DNA of 57,589 nucleotides from Oscillospiraceae bacterium (lineage in GTDB: Bacteria > Bacillota > Clostridia > Oscillospirales > CAG-272), in NCBI GenBank assembly GCA_015064065.1, contig SVSY01000002.1, positions 1 to 57,589 of the forward strand. The letters run 5' to 3'. The notes beneath the pieces are model-generated. The model did not search any database. It was not told the DNA's origin and was given only the letters and a program-made list of their open reading frames with translations. Position 1 is the stretch's first letter. Every line of letters begins with the position of its first letter. The position numbers and the translations under genes were made by a program. This document shows, piece after piece, positions 42,910 to 52,464 of this stretch.

Positions 42910-44853
42910 ATGAAAATCAGATTTGGCGAGCAGGTGCTCCAAAAGGATGCACCGCTCAGCGTATTCGAAGCAGCGAGCGAGCTTGAGCTTGCAAGCCGCG
43001 CGACCCTTTGCGCCGTAGTTAACGGCGAGCTCAGAGAAATGACCTACGTGCTTACAGACGACTGCGACGTCCGTCTTTGCACGTTTGAGGACGAAGAAGG
43101 CAAAAAGGTATTCCGCCACACCGCCGCTCACGTTCTTGCACAGGCTGTCAAGCGTCTCTACCCCCAGACTAAGCTCACTATAGGTCCTGCTATCGACGGC
43201 GGATTTTACTACGACTTCGACAGCGACGTATCCTTCACTCCCGATATCCTCAAGGCACTTGAGGACGAGATGAAGAAGATAGTTCGCGAGAACATAAAGC
43301 TCGAGCGCTTCGAGCTCCCCCGCGATCAAGCTATAGCTCTTATGACCGAGAAGGATGAGCCCTATAAGGTACAGCTTATCGAAGAGCTCCCCGAAGACGC
43401 TGTTATCAGCTTCTACCGTCAGGGCGAATTCGTTGACCTCTGCGCAGGTCCTCACCTCTTCTCTACAGCCGCTATCAAGGCGTTCAAGCTCACTCAGTGC
43501 ACGGGTGCTTATTGGAAGGGCGACCAGAAGAACAAGATGCTCCAGCGCGTTTACGGAACCGCATTTCCCTCTAAAGACGAGCTCAAGGCACACCTTGATG
43601 CTATTGAAGAGGCTAAAAAGCGCGACCACAACAAGCTCGGACGCGACCTTGAATATTTCACCACGGTCGACTCTATCGGTCAGGGTCTTCCCATAATGCT
43701 CCCCAAGGGCGCACGCACCATTCAGCTCCTTCAGAGATGGGTCGAGGACGAGGAACAGCGCCGCGGCTATCTCCTTACAAAAACTCCGCTTATGGCTAAG
43801 CGCGATCTTTACAGAATTTCGGGACACTGGGATCACTATCTCGACGGCATGTTCATTCTCGGCGACCCCTACGACGAGACCAAGGAATGCTTTGCGCTCC
43901 GTCCTATGACCTGCCCCTTCCAGTACCAAGTATTCCTCAACAAGAAGAGATCCTACAGAGATCTTCCTATGAGACTCGGCGAGACCTCCACTCTCTTCAG
44001 AAACGAGGATAGCGGTGAGATGCACGGTCTTATCCGCGTTCGTCAGTTCACTATCTCCGAGGGTCACTTGGTTCTTCGCCCCGATCAGCTCGCTGAGGAA
44101 TTCAAGGGCTGTCTCGACCTCGCTAAGTACTGTCTCTCCGCAGTAGGTCTTTGGGAGGATTGCTACTTCCGCTTCTCGCAGTGGGATCCTAACCGTACTG
44201 ACAAGTACGAGGGTACTCCCGAACAATGGGAGGAGGCTCAGGCTATTATGGGTGAGCTTCTCGACGAGTACCTCGGCGTAGGAAACTACACTATCGGTAT
44301 CGACGAGGCTGCATTCTACGGTCCTAAGCTCGATATCCAGATGAGAAACGTTCACGGCAAGGAGGACACTCTCGTTACTATCCAGATAGATATGCTTCTC
44401 GCAAAGAAATTCGGTATGGAATACACCGACTCCAACGACCAGAGAGTCAACCCCTACATCATTCACCGTACCTCGCTCGGCTGCTACGAGCGTACACTTG
44501 CGCTCCTTATCGAAAAGTACGCAGGCGCGCTTCCTATGTGGATGGCTCCCGAGCAGATCCGTATCCTTCCTATCGGCGACGAGCAGGCTGATTACGCAAA
44601 CGGCATCGCCGCTAAGGCTCAGGATCTCGGTATGAGAGTTACCGTCGACGCGCGTAACGAAAAGATAGGCTACAAGATCAGAGCCGCTCAGCTCGACAAG
44701 ATCCCCTATATGCTCGTTATCGGCGAGAAGGAAATGAACGAGGGCACGGTAGCTCCGAGATCTCGCAAGAGTGGCGATATGGGCGCTATGTCGGTCGAGG
44801 ACTTCCTTGCACTTGCAAAAGAGCAGATCGATACCAAGGATCTCAACAATTGA
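42910..44853 (+). CDS. thrS: threonine--tRNA ligase
   Basis: 647 aa with an N-terminal TGS domain, the editing-domain HTAAHVLA motif, a class II core (FRNE.SG..HGL.R.RQF), and a C-terminal anticodon-binding domain. Confidence 0.95.
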   Translation: MKIRFGEQVLQKDAPLSVFEAASELELASRATLCAVVNGELREMTYVLTDDCDVRLCTFEDEEGKKVFRHTAAHVLAQAVKRLYPQTKLTIGPAIDGGFYYDFDSDVSFTPDILKALEDEMKKIVRENIKLERFELPRDQAIALMTEKDEPYKVQLIEELPEDAVISFYRQGEFVDLCAGPHLFSTAAIKAFKLTQCTGAYWKGDQKNKMLQRVYGTAFPSKDELKAHLDAIEEAKKRDHNKLGRDLEYFTTVDSIGQGLPIMLPKGARTIQLLQRWVEDEEQRRGYLLTKTPLMAKRDLYRISGHWDHYLDGMFILGDPYDETKECFALRPMTCPFQYQVFLNKKRSYRDLPMRLGETSTLFRNEDSGEMHGLIRVRQFTISEGHLVLRPDQLAEEFKGCLDLAKYCLSAVGLWEDCYFRFSQWDPNRTDKYEGTPEQWEEAQAIMGELLDEYLGVGNYTIGIDEAAFYGPKLDIQMRNVHGKEDTLVTIQIDMLLAKKFGMEYTDSNDQRVNPYIIHRTSLGCYERTLALLIEKYAGALPMWMAPEQIRILPIGDEQADYANGIAAKAQDLGMRVTVDARNEKIGYKIRAAQLDKIPYMLVIGEKEMNEGTVAPRSRKSGDMGAMSVEDFLALAKEQIDTKDLNN

Positions 44854-44869
44854 TGAAACGATAAAAGCT

Positions 44870-44895
44870 CTTGCCCGCTCATCTGAGCGGGCAAG
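44870..44895 (+). terminator. hairpin after thrS (partial terminator; dut follows 25 nt later)
   Basis: A 12-bp stem cttgcccgctca/tgagcgggcaag is followed by a poor U-tract (gcgTTATTTg). Confidence 0.45.
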
Positions 44896-44919
44896 GCGTT
44901 ATTTGAAAAGAGGTGTATT

Positions 44920-45363
44920 ATGAGTTTTTCTATGAATATAAAAAAGCTTAATGAAAATGCAACTATCCCCACCTACGGCTCGGAATTCGCCGCAGGCGCT
45001 GACCTCTATGCTTGTCTTGAAGGCGACGTTACTATTGAGCCCGCGCAGACCGTGCTTATCCACACCGGTCTTGCTATGGAGATCCCCGAGGGGCTCGTCG
45101 GTCTTATATATGCCAGAAGCGGTCTTGCTTCAAAAAAGGGTCTCGCACCCGCAAATAAGGTCGGCGTTATCGACAGTGACTACCGCGGCGAAATTATGGT
45201 AGCGCTTCACAACCACGGCGACAAGCCGCAGACTATCTCTCACGGCGAGCGCATCGCCCAGATAGTTTTTGCTCCTTTCTATGCCGCAGATTTCAAGCTC
45301 GTCGACGAGCTCTCGGACACCGTCCGCGGCGCAGGCGGCTTCGGCTCTACGGGAAATAAGTGA
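44920..45363 (+). CDS. dut: dUTP diphosphatase
   Basis: 147 aa with AAGADLYA, GVIDSDYRGEI, and the C-terminal RG.GGFGSTG motif. Confidence 0.9.
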   Translation: MSFSMNIKKLNENATIPTYGSEFAAGADLYACLEGDVTIEPAQTVLIHTGLAMEIPEGLVGLIYARSGLASKKGLAPANKVGVIDSDYRGEIMVALHNHGDKPQTISHGERIAQIVFAPFYAADFKLVDELSDTVRGAGGFGSTGNK

Positions 45364-45496
45364 AGTTAGATTTGTGTTGTTTTTTTTGCCACCTTTCTTT
45401 CGAGAAAGGTGGCGCCAAAGAACTTGAGTGAGAGGATTTTTTATTCAAGGTTGGTTTATGCGGATAAAATTTTATAATAAGTAGTTTTTCTAAGGA

Positions 45497-45539
45497 AGAG
45501 TTTTTGGACACCTCATCGGTACCAAAAACTCTTTTTTTA
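45497..45539 (+). terminator. strong rho-independent terminator in the dut-asnS intergenic region
   Basis: A 13-bp stem agagtttttggac/gtaccaaaaactct (approximate) followed by TTTTTT. It lies 134 nt after the dut stop. Confidence 0.6.
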
Positions 45540-45730
45540 TTATAATAAAATAAATAGTGTTCTCGGTAGCGGTGAGCTGTCCGAGAACACTACATTAGAA
45601 AAATTACTCTTTAACAAATTTAGTCTTTATAAACCAAACTTGATGTTCTAAAAAACTTCTTTTTAGGAAGTTTTTTGGGTACCTTTTTTTCAAAAAAGGT
45701 ACAGAAAAATCCCTGACACAAACCAACTTA

Positions 45731-47125
45731 TCAATACTCAGCGTTGCCGACTGTTCTGGGGTAAGGAAGAACGTCGCGGATATTGGAAACACCGGTGAGG
45801 TACATAATGATACGCTCAAAGCCGAGGCCGTAGCCTGCGTGCTTAGTACCGCCGAAGCGACGGAGATTGCAATACCACCAATAATCCTCTTCGTTGAGAT
45901 TGCACTCTGCCATGCGTGCAGTGAGAACGTCAATTCTCTCCTCACGCTGAGAGCCGCCGATGATCTCGCCGACACCGGGAACAAGAAGGTCCATAGCGGC
46001 AACCGTCTTGCCGTCGTCGTTAAGACGCATATAGAACGCCTTTATCTCCTTCGGGTAATCGATAACGAACACGGGGCACTTGAAGACCTGCTCGGTGAGG
46101 TATCTCTCATGCTCGGTCTGAAGGTCGATACCCCATTCAACAGGATACTTGAAGTCAGCACCGCTCTTCTTAAGAAGCTCAACAGCCTCGGTGTAGGTGA
46201 CCTTCTTATAATCGCTTGCCGCGAGAGTGTTAAGTCTGTCAAGAAGTCCCTTTTCAACGAACTTATCGAAGAATTCTACCTCCTGCTTGCAGTTCTCAAG
46301 AACGTGGTTGATGATAAACTTTATCATATCCCAAGCGAGCTGCATATTGTCGCCAAGATCTGCAAATGCGATCTCAGGCTCTATCATCCAGAACTCAGCA
46401 GCATGGCGCGCGGTGTTGGAGTTCTCAGCTCTGAAGGTAGGACCGAAGGTATAGATCTTTCCGTAAGCAAGTGCATAGGTCTCGCCCTCGAGCTGACCCG
46501 ATACCGTAAGGTTTGCAGACTTACCGAAGAAATCCTGCGAGTAGTCTATGCTGCCGTCCTCTTTGCGGGGGGGATTTTCCATATCGAGAGTGGTAACTCT
46601 GAACATCTCGCCCGCGCCCTCACAGTCGGATGCCGTAACGATAGGAGTGTGAACGTAAACAAATCCACGGTCATGGAAGAACTTGTGGATAGCGTAAGCC
46701 GCCTCGCTTCTTACTCTGAAAACAGCCGAGAAAAGATTGGTTCTGGGGCGCAGATATGCCTGCTCACGCAAGAACTCAACAGTATGTCTCTTAGGCTGAA
46801 GAGGATACTCGGGAGTGGAAGTTCCCTCTACCTCGATAGCAGTCGCCTTGATCTCAAAGGGCTGCTTCATAGCGGGGGTAAGCTCGACCGTACCCTTGAT
46901 AACGAGAGCCGCGCCTACGTTCTGGTGAGCGATCTCGTCGTAATTTGCGATCTTTTCGCGCTCGAAAACGACCTGAACAGACTTGAAGCAGCTTCCGTCG
47001 TTAAGGTCAATAAATCCAAACGCCTTGCTGTCACGCAGGTTGCGTACCCAACCGCCGAGCGTGACCTCTTTGCCCGAATAGTCTTCGGGGCACTCGTATA
47101 TAGAGCGAACAAAATCTCTTTTCAT
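45731..47125 (-). CDS. asnS: asparagine--tRNA ligase
   Basis: 464 aa with an N-terminal OB fold ([21 protein letters not shown]) and class IIb motifs ([27 protein letters not shown]). Confidence 0.95.
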   Translation of the reverse strand: MKRDFVRSIYECPEDYSGKEVTLGGWVRNLRDSKAFGFIDLNDGSCFKSVQVVFEREKIANYDEIAHQNVGAALVIKGTVELTPAMKQPFEIKATAIEVEGTSTPEYPLQPKRHTVEFLREQAYLRPRTNLFSAVFRVRSEAAYAIHKFFHDRGFVYVHTPIVTASDCEGAGEMFRVTTLDMENPPRKEDGSIDYSQDFFGKSANLTVSGQLEGETYALAYGKIYTFGPTFRAENSNTARHAAEFWMIEPEIAFADLGDNMQLAWDMIKFIINHVLENCKQEVEFFDKFVEKGLLDRLNTLAASDYKKVTYTEAVELLKKSGADFKYPVEWGIDLQTEHERYLTEQVFKCPVFVIDYPKEIKAFYMRLNDDGKTVAAMDLLVPGVGEIIGGSQREERIDVLTARMAECNLNEEDYWWYCNLRRFGGTKHAGYGLGFERIIMYLTGVSNIRDVLPYPRTVGNAEY

Positions 47126-47165
47126 TATATTCTCCGTTCTGATACAAAAATATCAAAAAATAAAC

Positions 47166-48122
47166 TTAATTACCCTTTATTATATCACTATATTTAGAGT
47201 TTGTCAATCGTTTTTGAAGATTTGCGCGGTATTCCCTGTTTATCTTTCTGTTTTTGAGCTCTTCATAAAAGCCGCGCGACACTCCCGCGCTCATTTCGGG
47301 GATATAAAGCGGGCTTTTTTTCAGCTCCTCCTCGCTCGGAAAGCCGGAATAGCAGCCGCCGCAAAGTCCCGAGTGATCGCTTCCGCCGCTGACGAAAAGA
47401 TCCTTTTCAAGCGCTATCCTTATCGCTCGCTCCTGCTCTTCGGGCGGAATATCGGGATGGAGCACCTCAATTCCCTCGACGCCGTATTCAATAAGCTGAT
47501 CCACGTCGTCAAGCGAGCCGTACGGACGGAAAAGATGCGCCGCAACTGCAAAGCCGCCCGCCTCCTTGATCATACTTACGATCTCGGACAGAGGTTTAAA
47601 AGGAATGGACGGCGGATAATGTCCTCGCTGATCGCGAACGTATTTATTGAACCACTCCATATAGTTGCATTTTTCAACGAGCCCCTTATCGAGCATAGCG
47701 TTAAAGATGTGCTCGTTGCACAGCCATTTGATACCCTCGTTATACTCAAGTATCTCCTCCCACGTAATGCCCGTAAAATAGCCCTTTTCGACACCCTCGG
47801 TAAATACGCCGTGGGTATTGTCGGTCTGGCGCACAGCCATATCGGCAAGATATTTTTTCATCGGCGGATATTCGGGATCGAAATCAAAACCGACAATATG
47901 GTAGTTCTTCGGCTTGTTGACCGAAAACTCAACGCCGAAGATGCACTCCATTCCCGCCTCGTCAGCCGCCTTTTTTAATTTTGGATAAGCTGTTGCGGTG
48001 TCGTGATCGGTAATGGCAAGAGCCTTATATCCTTCAGCCTTTGCAACTGCTACAAGCTCCTTTGGACTGTATTTTCCGTCGGAATGTATCGAATGAAGAT
48101 GAAGATTTGCATATACCTGCAT
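47166..48122 (-). CDS. PHP-domain metal-dependent phosphoesterase
   Basis: LHLHSIHSDG and AITDHDT N-terminal PHP motifs, plus GGSDHSG near the C-terminus. Probably co-transcribed with asnS (40-nt gap). Confidence 0.75.
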   Translation of the reverse strand: MQVYANLHLHSIHSDGKYSPKELVAVAKAEGYKALAITDHDTATAYPKLKKAADEAGMECIFGVEFSVNKPKNYHIVGFDFDPEYPPMKKYLADMAVRQTDNTHGVFTEGVEKGYFTGITWEEILEYNEGIKWLCNEHIFNAMLDKGLVEKCNYMEWFNKYVRDQRGHYPPSIPFKPLSEIVSMIKEAGGFAVAAHLFRPYGSLDDVDQLIEYGVEGIEVLHPDIPPEEQERAIRIALEKDLFVSGGSDHSGLCGGCYSGFPSEEELKKSPLYIPEMSAGVSRGFYEELKNRKINREYRANLQKRLTNSKYSDIIKGN

Positions 48123-48153
48123 AATATTCCCCCTTAGAAACGGACTTTACCAA

Positions 48154-48182
48154 ATTATAACACCGACACACAATTTTGTCAA
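48154..48182 (-). promoter_or_regulatory. consensus sigma-A promoter for the PHP-asnS transcription unit
   Basis: The minus strand reads TTGACA (48182-48177), a 17-nt spacer and TATAAT (48159-48154). Confidence 0.6.
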
Positions 48183-48194
48183 CAAAAATAATTA

Positions 48195-48223
48195 TTGACA
48201 AAGCTCCATATAAATGCTATAAT
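48195..48223 (+). promoter_or_regulatory. consensus sigma-A promoter for the TIM-barrel / lipoprotein gene row
   Basis: TTGACA (48195-48200), a 17-nt spacer and TATAAT (48218-48223). Confidence 0.6.
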
Positions 48224-48257
48224 AAAAATGGATAGTTATCTTTGGAGGTAAATAATT

Positions 48258-49082
48258 ATGAACAAGCTTGTTGTTGCTACGGGTATGGGCTTTAACGTAC
48301 CTACTGTTGATCAGATAAAAATATTGCACGAGATAGGCTGGGAGGGCGTTTTCACCGACGTTTACGCAGACAGAGTCAGAGAGGATTGCGCAAAAGCTCT
48401 TTACGAGAGAGGTATGCTCTATCAGTCCACTCACTCCCCTTTCGGAAAAGCTGATAAGCTTTGGGAAGAAGGTGAGGCGGGCGACCTGTTTGCCGACGAG
48501 CTTGTTGCTTGCGTTAAGAACACCGCCGCCGTCGGCGTTCCGCTTATGATAGTTCACACTATTATCGGTATGGATAAATGCACGCCCACAGAGGCAGGTC
48601 TGCCGAGATTTGAAAAAATAATCAATGCGGGCGAAAAGTACGGCGTTAAGATCGCGCTTGAGAACACCGAGGGTGAGATCTATCTTGAATACCTTATGAA
48701 GCACTTCGGCTCGTCCGACTCGGTAGGCTTCTGCATCGACACGGGACACGAGATGTGCTACAACGCAAGCAGAGATATGATAGGCAAGTACGCCGATAAG
48801 CTCTGCTGCACGCACCTCAACGACAATATGGGACAGACGGGCTCGGGCATCACCTGGCTCGACGACTCGCATCTTCTTCCCTTTGACGGCGTCGGCGATT
48901 GGAACGGCATCGCAGACAGACTCAAAAAGGCAGGCTACAAGGGAGACTTCACCTTTGAGCTGACAAGCCGCAACAAACCCGAAAGAAATACTCACGACAT
49001 ATATAAGGACCTTGACTTTACCGCATTCGCGACCCTCGCTTTCGAAAAGGCTAAAAAATTCAAAGAAATAATGACTATTTGA
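48258..49082 (+). CDS. sugar phosphate isomerase/epimerase family protein (xylose-isomerase-like TIM barrel)
   Basis: 274 aa with MIVH, IALEN, IDTGH and THLNDN metal-ligand motifs. Confidence 0.7.
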   Translation: MNKLVVATGMGFNVPTVDQIKILHEIGWEGVFTDVYADRVREDCAKALYERGMLYQSTHSPFGKADKLWEEGEAGDLFADELVACVKNTAAVGVPLMIVHTIIGMDKCTPTEAGLPRFEKIINAGEKYGVKIALENTEGEIYLEYLMKHFGSSDSVGFCIDTGHEMCYNASRDMIGKYADKLCCTHLNDNMGQTGSGITWLDDSHLLPFDGVGDWNGIADRLKKAGYKGDFTFELTSRNKPERNTHDIYKDLDFTAFATLAFEKAKKFKEIMTI

Positions 49083-49104
49083 TAGCAGTCTGAAAGGAGT
49101 AACA

Positions 49105-50754
49105 ATGAAGAAATACTCGTTTAAGCTCTTATCACTTTTACTTGTTTTGGCTACTCTCTCGCTTACGGTCTCCTGCAACTTCGGTGATATCCTTGAGGAC
49201 ATCGCTCCGGACGATCTCGGAAACGGTGTCGAGAACAGCGCAAGCGGTGACGTACAGTTCACGCTTGAAGCGACCGAGCCGTCTCCCGAAAACACTTATC
49301 CCGAGAGCACTTCTCCCTCGAACAAAGACACCTTTGAGCAGACCGAAACAGAGATACCTGAGAAAACCTTCCCGACTGTCGATTCGGGTCTTGGAGCACT
49401 CGATTTCGGGGGTAACAAGTTGACCGTTATCACTCTTGACTCGTCATCCAACATTCGCGAGTGGTACAAACACTCTCCCGAAGATGAGATAGACAAGTAC
49501 GTAGCGATAAGAAACTCTCTTGCAAGAAGTGAATTGAATATAAATATGATGGTGGAGATCGTTCCCGCAGGAAACTATAACATCATCCAAAACCTGATCT
49601 TTACCGATATTACTCAGGATTTTCACTACTACGATATATCTGCCGCTCCTATTCGCGTAAATGCGGCTACCGCAATAAGAGACTGTGTGGCTATCCTCTC
49701 GGATGAAGCTCTGTTCCCTTATTTTGATTTTGATCTCCCCTGCTGGAATCAGTCTATAATAGAAAACATCACGAAAAATCATAAGCTCTATTACGTTGCG
49801 GGTGACCTTAATCTCTCGGTATTCGACGCGGCAACTGTCGTATGGCACAACGTAAACCTCTACGACCGCTTCAAAGAAGATACCGACCCCGAAAGTATGC
49901 TTGACCTTGCTCTTGCGGGTCAGTGGACCTATGACGAGCTCTACAGGTGGGCGTCACGTTTCTATAAGAACTCAAACGGTTTCCAAGGAAAGCAAAAGGA
50001 CGATACCTTCGCGCTTATGCTGAACATTGAAGACCTCGGCAATATAGACGCCTTTACTGCGGCTTGGGATATTGAATTTATCTCGACTCTCTCCGACGGA
50101 AAGCATTTCTTCAATATAGACGAAGCCAAAACCTCTTCTGCCATTGACAAAATACAAGCACTATTCAACGCGACGGGCACTTGGACCGATGCCGACGCAG
50201 AATATTTTGCAAGCTCCCATTCTGTTTTCTATATCTCACCTCTCTATTCAAGCAAAGAAGTCAACGATCAAATTCGTGGAATGAAATACCGATACGGACT
50301 TATGCCTATGCCCAAGTACGACGTCGCTCAGGAAAATTACAGCACAATATCGCAGGAGTCCTGCAACGTTATGTCCGCACTTGAGCATAGGCACAGCACC
50401 GTCAGAACAAAGGGCGAAGAGATATCCGCGTACCTTCAGTTTATGACCGAGTATTCCTATTCGAAGATAAAGCCGATGTATTTCAACGAAGTCGTAAAGC
50501 CCTTCCCCCACAGCGATGAGGACAGCGCGGAGATGGTAAAATCCGCCGCACTCTTTGGACTCATTACTTCCAATATCAGATTTGATTTCTCGTACGTATA
50601 TTCAGGACAGCTCAACAATTTTAACGATCTGTGGAGAAGCTCGGTCGTCAACGACAGCTCCTTCCATACTGAGTTTACCTCAAATCGCTCTGCCTACGAA
50701 AAAGAATTGACCAGACTTGACGCTTGGTTCGGTCTCGTTTCCCTTTACCAATAA
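49105..50754 (+). CDS. large lipoprotein, paralog 1 of 3 (possibly a LplA/LipO-type extracellular solute-binding protein)
   Basis: 549 aa. Signal peptide plus lipobox-like LTVSC, then the shared acidic segment NFGDILEDIAPDDLGNGVEN.ASGDVQFTLEATE. Shared core motifs are HYYD(I/V)SA, FPYFDF.LPCWNQSI, YVAGDLNLS, GQWTYDELY and YGL(M/L)P(M/L)PKYD. The SBP assignment is a recollection-based guess. Confidence 0.5.
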   Translation: MKKYSFKLLSLLLVLATLSLTVSCNFGDILEDIAPDDLGNGVENSASGDVQFTLEATEPSPENTYPESTSPSNKDTFEQTETEIPEKTFPTVDSGLGALDFGGNKLTVITLDSSSNIREWYKHSPEDEIDKYVAIRNSLARSELNINMMVEIVPAGNYNIIQNLIFTDITQDFHYYDISAAPIRVNAATAIRDCVAILSDEALFPYFDFDLPCWNQSIIENITKNHKLYYVAGDLNLSVFDAATVVWHNVNLYDRFKEDTDPESMLDLALAGQWTYDELYRWASRFYKNSNGFQGKQKDDTFALMLNIEDLGNIDAFTAAWDIEFISTLSDGKHFFNIDEAKTSSAIDKIQALFNATGTWTDADAEYFASSHSVFYISPLYSSKEVNDQIRGMKYRYGLMPMPKYDVAQENYSTISQESCNVMSALEHRHSTVRTKGEEISAYLQFMTEYSYSKIKPMYFNEVVKPFPHSDEDSAEMVKSAALFGLITSNIRFDFSYVYSGQLNNFNDLWRSSVVNDSSFHTEFTSNRSAYEKELTRLDAWFGLVSLYQ

Positions 50755-50783
50755 TACTTCACAAATAACTCAGGAGGACAAAT

Positions 50784-52412
50784 ATGAAAAAGAATTTATT
50801 AAAAGCATTATCACTTTTGCTCGTAATAGCAACTCTCTCGCTTATGGTCTCCTGCAACTTCGGCGACATTCTTGAGGATATCGCCCCCGACGACCTCGGA
50901 AACGGCGTCGAAAACGGCGCAAGCGGCGACGTACAATTCACGCTTGAGGCTACCGAGATCGAAACCTACAAGGAGACCAACCAGTACGGAGGAGAACCCT
51001 CCTTCGTCGTAGGAATTCCCGACCACAGCATCGATTTTGAAGGTGAAGAGATCTGCATTCTCTACTGCACCGAAAATTTACGTGAATGGTACAGAGATAT
51101 GCCCGCGGACGAGCTCGATGAAGCGGTAGCACTGAGAAACAATAAAGTCGAGGAAACGCTCAACGTAGATATATCCTTCGAGGGAATACCCTATAGCGCC
51201 AACAGCTACGCTTCGTATACCGCAAACTTTTACAACCTGATAGCCGCCGATATTGATGTGGGTACGCATTATTACGACGTCTCGGCAAATTTAGCTTCTC
51301 CCACCGCATCGCCCGCTATCCGTGGCTACACCGCAGATCTTCTTAACGAGGAGCTTTTCCCGTATTTTGATTTCACTCTTCCCTGCTGGAATCAGTCTAT
51401 CGTAAACGATACGGCTATAAACGGCAAGCTTCACTACGTTGCGGGTGACCTTAACCTTTCGCTGTTCGACAACACATTGGTCATTTGGTATAACAAGACC
51501 CTTTACGATCAACACAAGGATTCTACAGACTACGAGGATATACAGCAGCTCGCGCTCGACGGCTTATGGACCTATGACGAGCTCTACAGATTGACCCTGA
51601 ATACCTTTTTGGACCTTGACGGTCTGGCAGGTCCTTCAGAACACGACCTATACGGACTTAGTGTGGCACAGGACTTAAACAATATCGTCTCTGCTCCCGC
51701 AGACGCACTCAGATACGCTTGGGATATTGAATTTGTGAGTGAGAAGAACGACGGCTCTCACGAATTTAACGTAGCAGGCAACGTAAAGGCTAACGAGGCT
51801 CTTGATAAATGCCGTGCTCTTTTCAACTCTGTCGGTACCCACAAAACCCCGAACGCAGTAGAATATTTTGCACAGGGTCTCTCACTCTTCTGTCTGGATG
51901 AGCTTTACGCGGACGACGCCTCCAACAATGCGCTTCGCGAGATGGATGATATGTACGGACTTCTGCCCTTGCCTAAGTATGATTTGAATCAGGCGCAGTA
52001 CCGCACCACCGCATCGGACCGCTTCTCGCTTATGTTCGTGCTTGATCACTCGCTCAGCGAGGGCAGAATAAAGGGCGAAGCTATCTCGGCAACCTTGGAG
52101 CTGCTTACCGAAGAATCCTATGAAAGCGTTCGAGGCCACTACTACAATCGCGTAGTCAAGCCCAAGGCTTTCAGAACGACCGACGTGGATAGTACTACTA
52201 GTACCCGTTCCATAGATCTCTTCGATATCATAGTTGCTAACATCACCTTTGACATATGCAACGTCTACTCTCTTCAGCTCGAAAATATCAACCATATTTG
52301 GTCGAAATCGGTCCTCTCTGACGAGAACACACTCAACTCCCATTTCGCCCAAAAAAAACCCGTCTTCGAGCAAGCACTTGAAGAGCTCGATGCTTGGTTT
52401 GGACTGAAATAA
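50784..52412 (+). CDS. large lipoprotein, paralog 2 of 3
   Basis: 542 aa with the same leader and core motifs. The first ~87 aa are almost identical to paralog 3. Confidence 0.5.
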   Translation: MKKNLLKALSLLLVIATLSLMVSCNFGDILEDIAPDDLGNGVENGASGDVQFTLEATEIETYKETNQYGGEPSFVVGIPDHSIDFEGEEICILYCTENLREWYRDMPADELDEAVALRNNKVEETLNVDISFEGIPYSANSYASYTANFYNLIAADIDVGTHYYDVSANLASPTASPAIRGYTADLLNEELFPYFDFTLPCWNQSIVNDTAINGKLHYVAGDLNLSLFDNTLVIWYNKTLYDQHKDSTDYEDIQQLALDGLWTYDELYRLTLNTFLDLDGLAGPSEHDLYGLSVAQDLNNIVSAPADALRYAWDIEFVSEKNDGSHEFNVAGNVKANEALDKCRALFNSVGTHKTPNAVEYFAQGLSLFCLDELYADDASNNALREMDDMYGLLPLPKYDLNQAQYRTTASDRFSLMFVLDHSLSEGRIKGEAISATLELLTEESYESVRGHYYNRVVKPKAFRTTDVDSTTSTRSIDLFDIIVANITFDICNVYSLQLENINHIWSKSVLSDENTLNSHFAQKKPVFEQALEELDAWFGLK

Positions 52413-52464
52413 CTTTTCGCCATACACAGTTACCCGATTATGAAAACAAAATAGGAGGACAAAT

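Noticed and set aside
42892-44466. 524-aa ORF on the minus strand opposite thrS. Similar long antisense ORFs lie at 45839-47197 (opposite asnS), 40861-42105 (opposite glyA), 34395-35846 (opposite iorA), 32736-34022 (opposite the acyl-CoA synthetase), 4541-5863 (opposite kdgK), 3790-4650, 6960-7898, 7823-9052, 13291-14436, 27774-28751, 31001-31966 and 48192-49295.
   Set aside because: In each case the opposite strand encodes a protein with unmistakable family motifs. The antisense translations are low-complexity (rich in V/L/R/S/C), have no recognisable motifs and lack convincing RBSs. They are the usual shadow ORFs of moderately GC-rich coding DNA.
45388-45413. The perfect 11-bp hairpin as the dut terminator.
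   Set aside because: The T-run lies 5' of the stem on the plus strand, and the stem is followed by an A-run on the minus strand. It does not fit an intrinsic terminator in either orientation. The hairpin at 45497-45539 is the better candidate.
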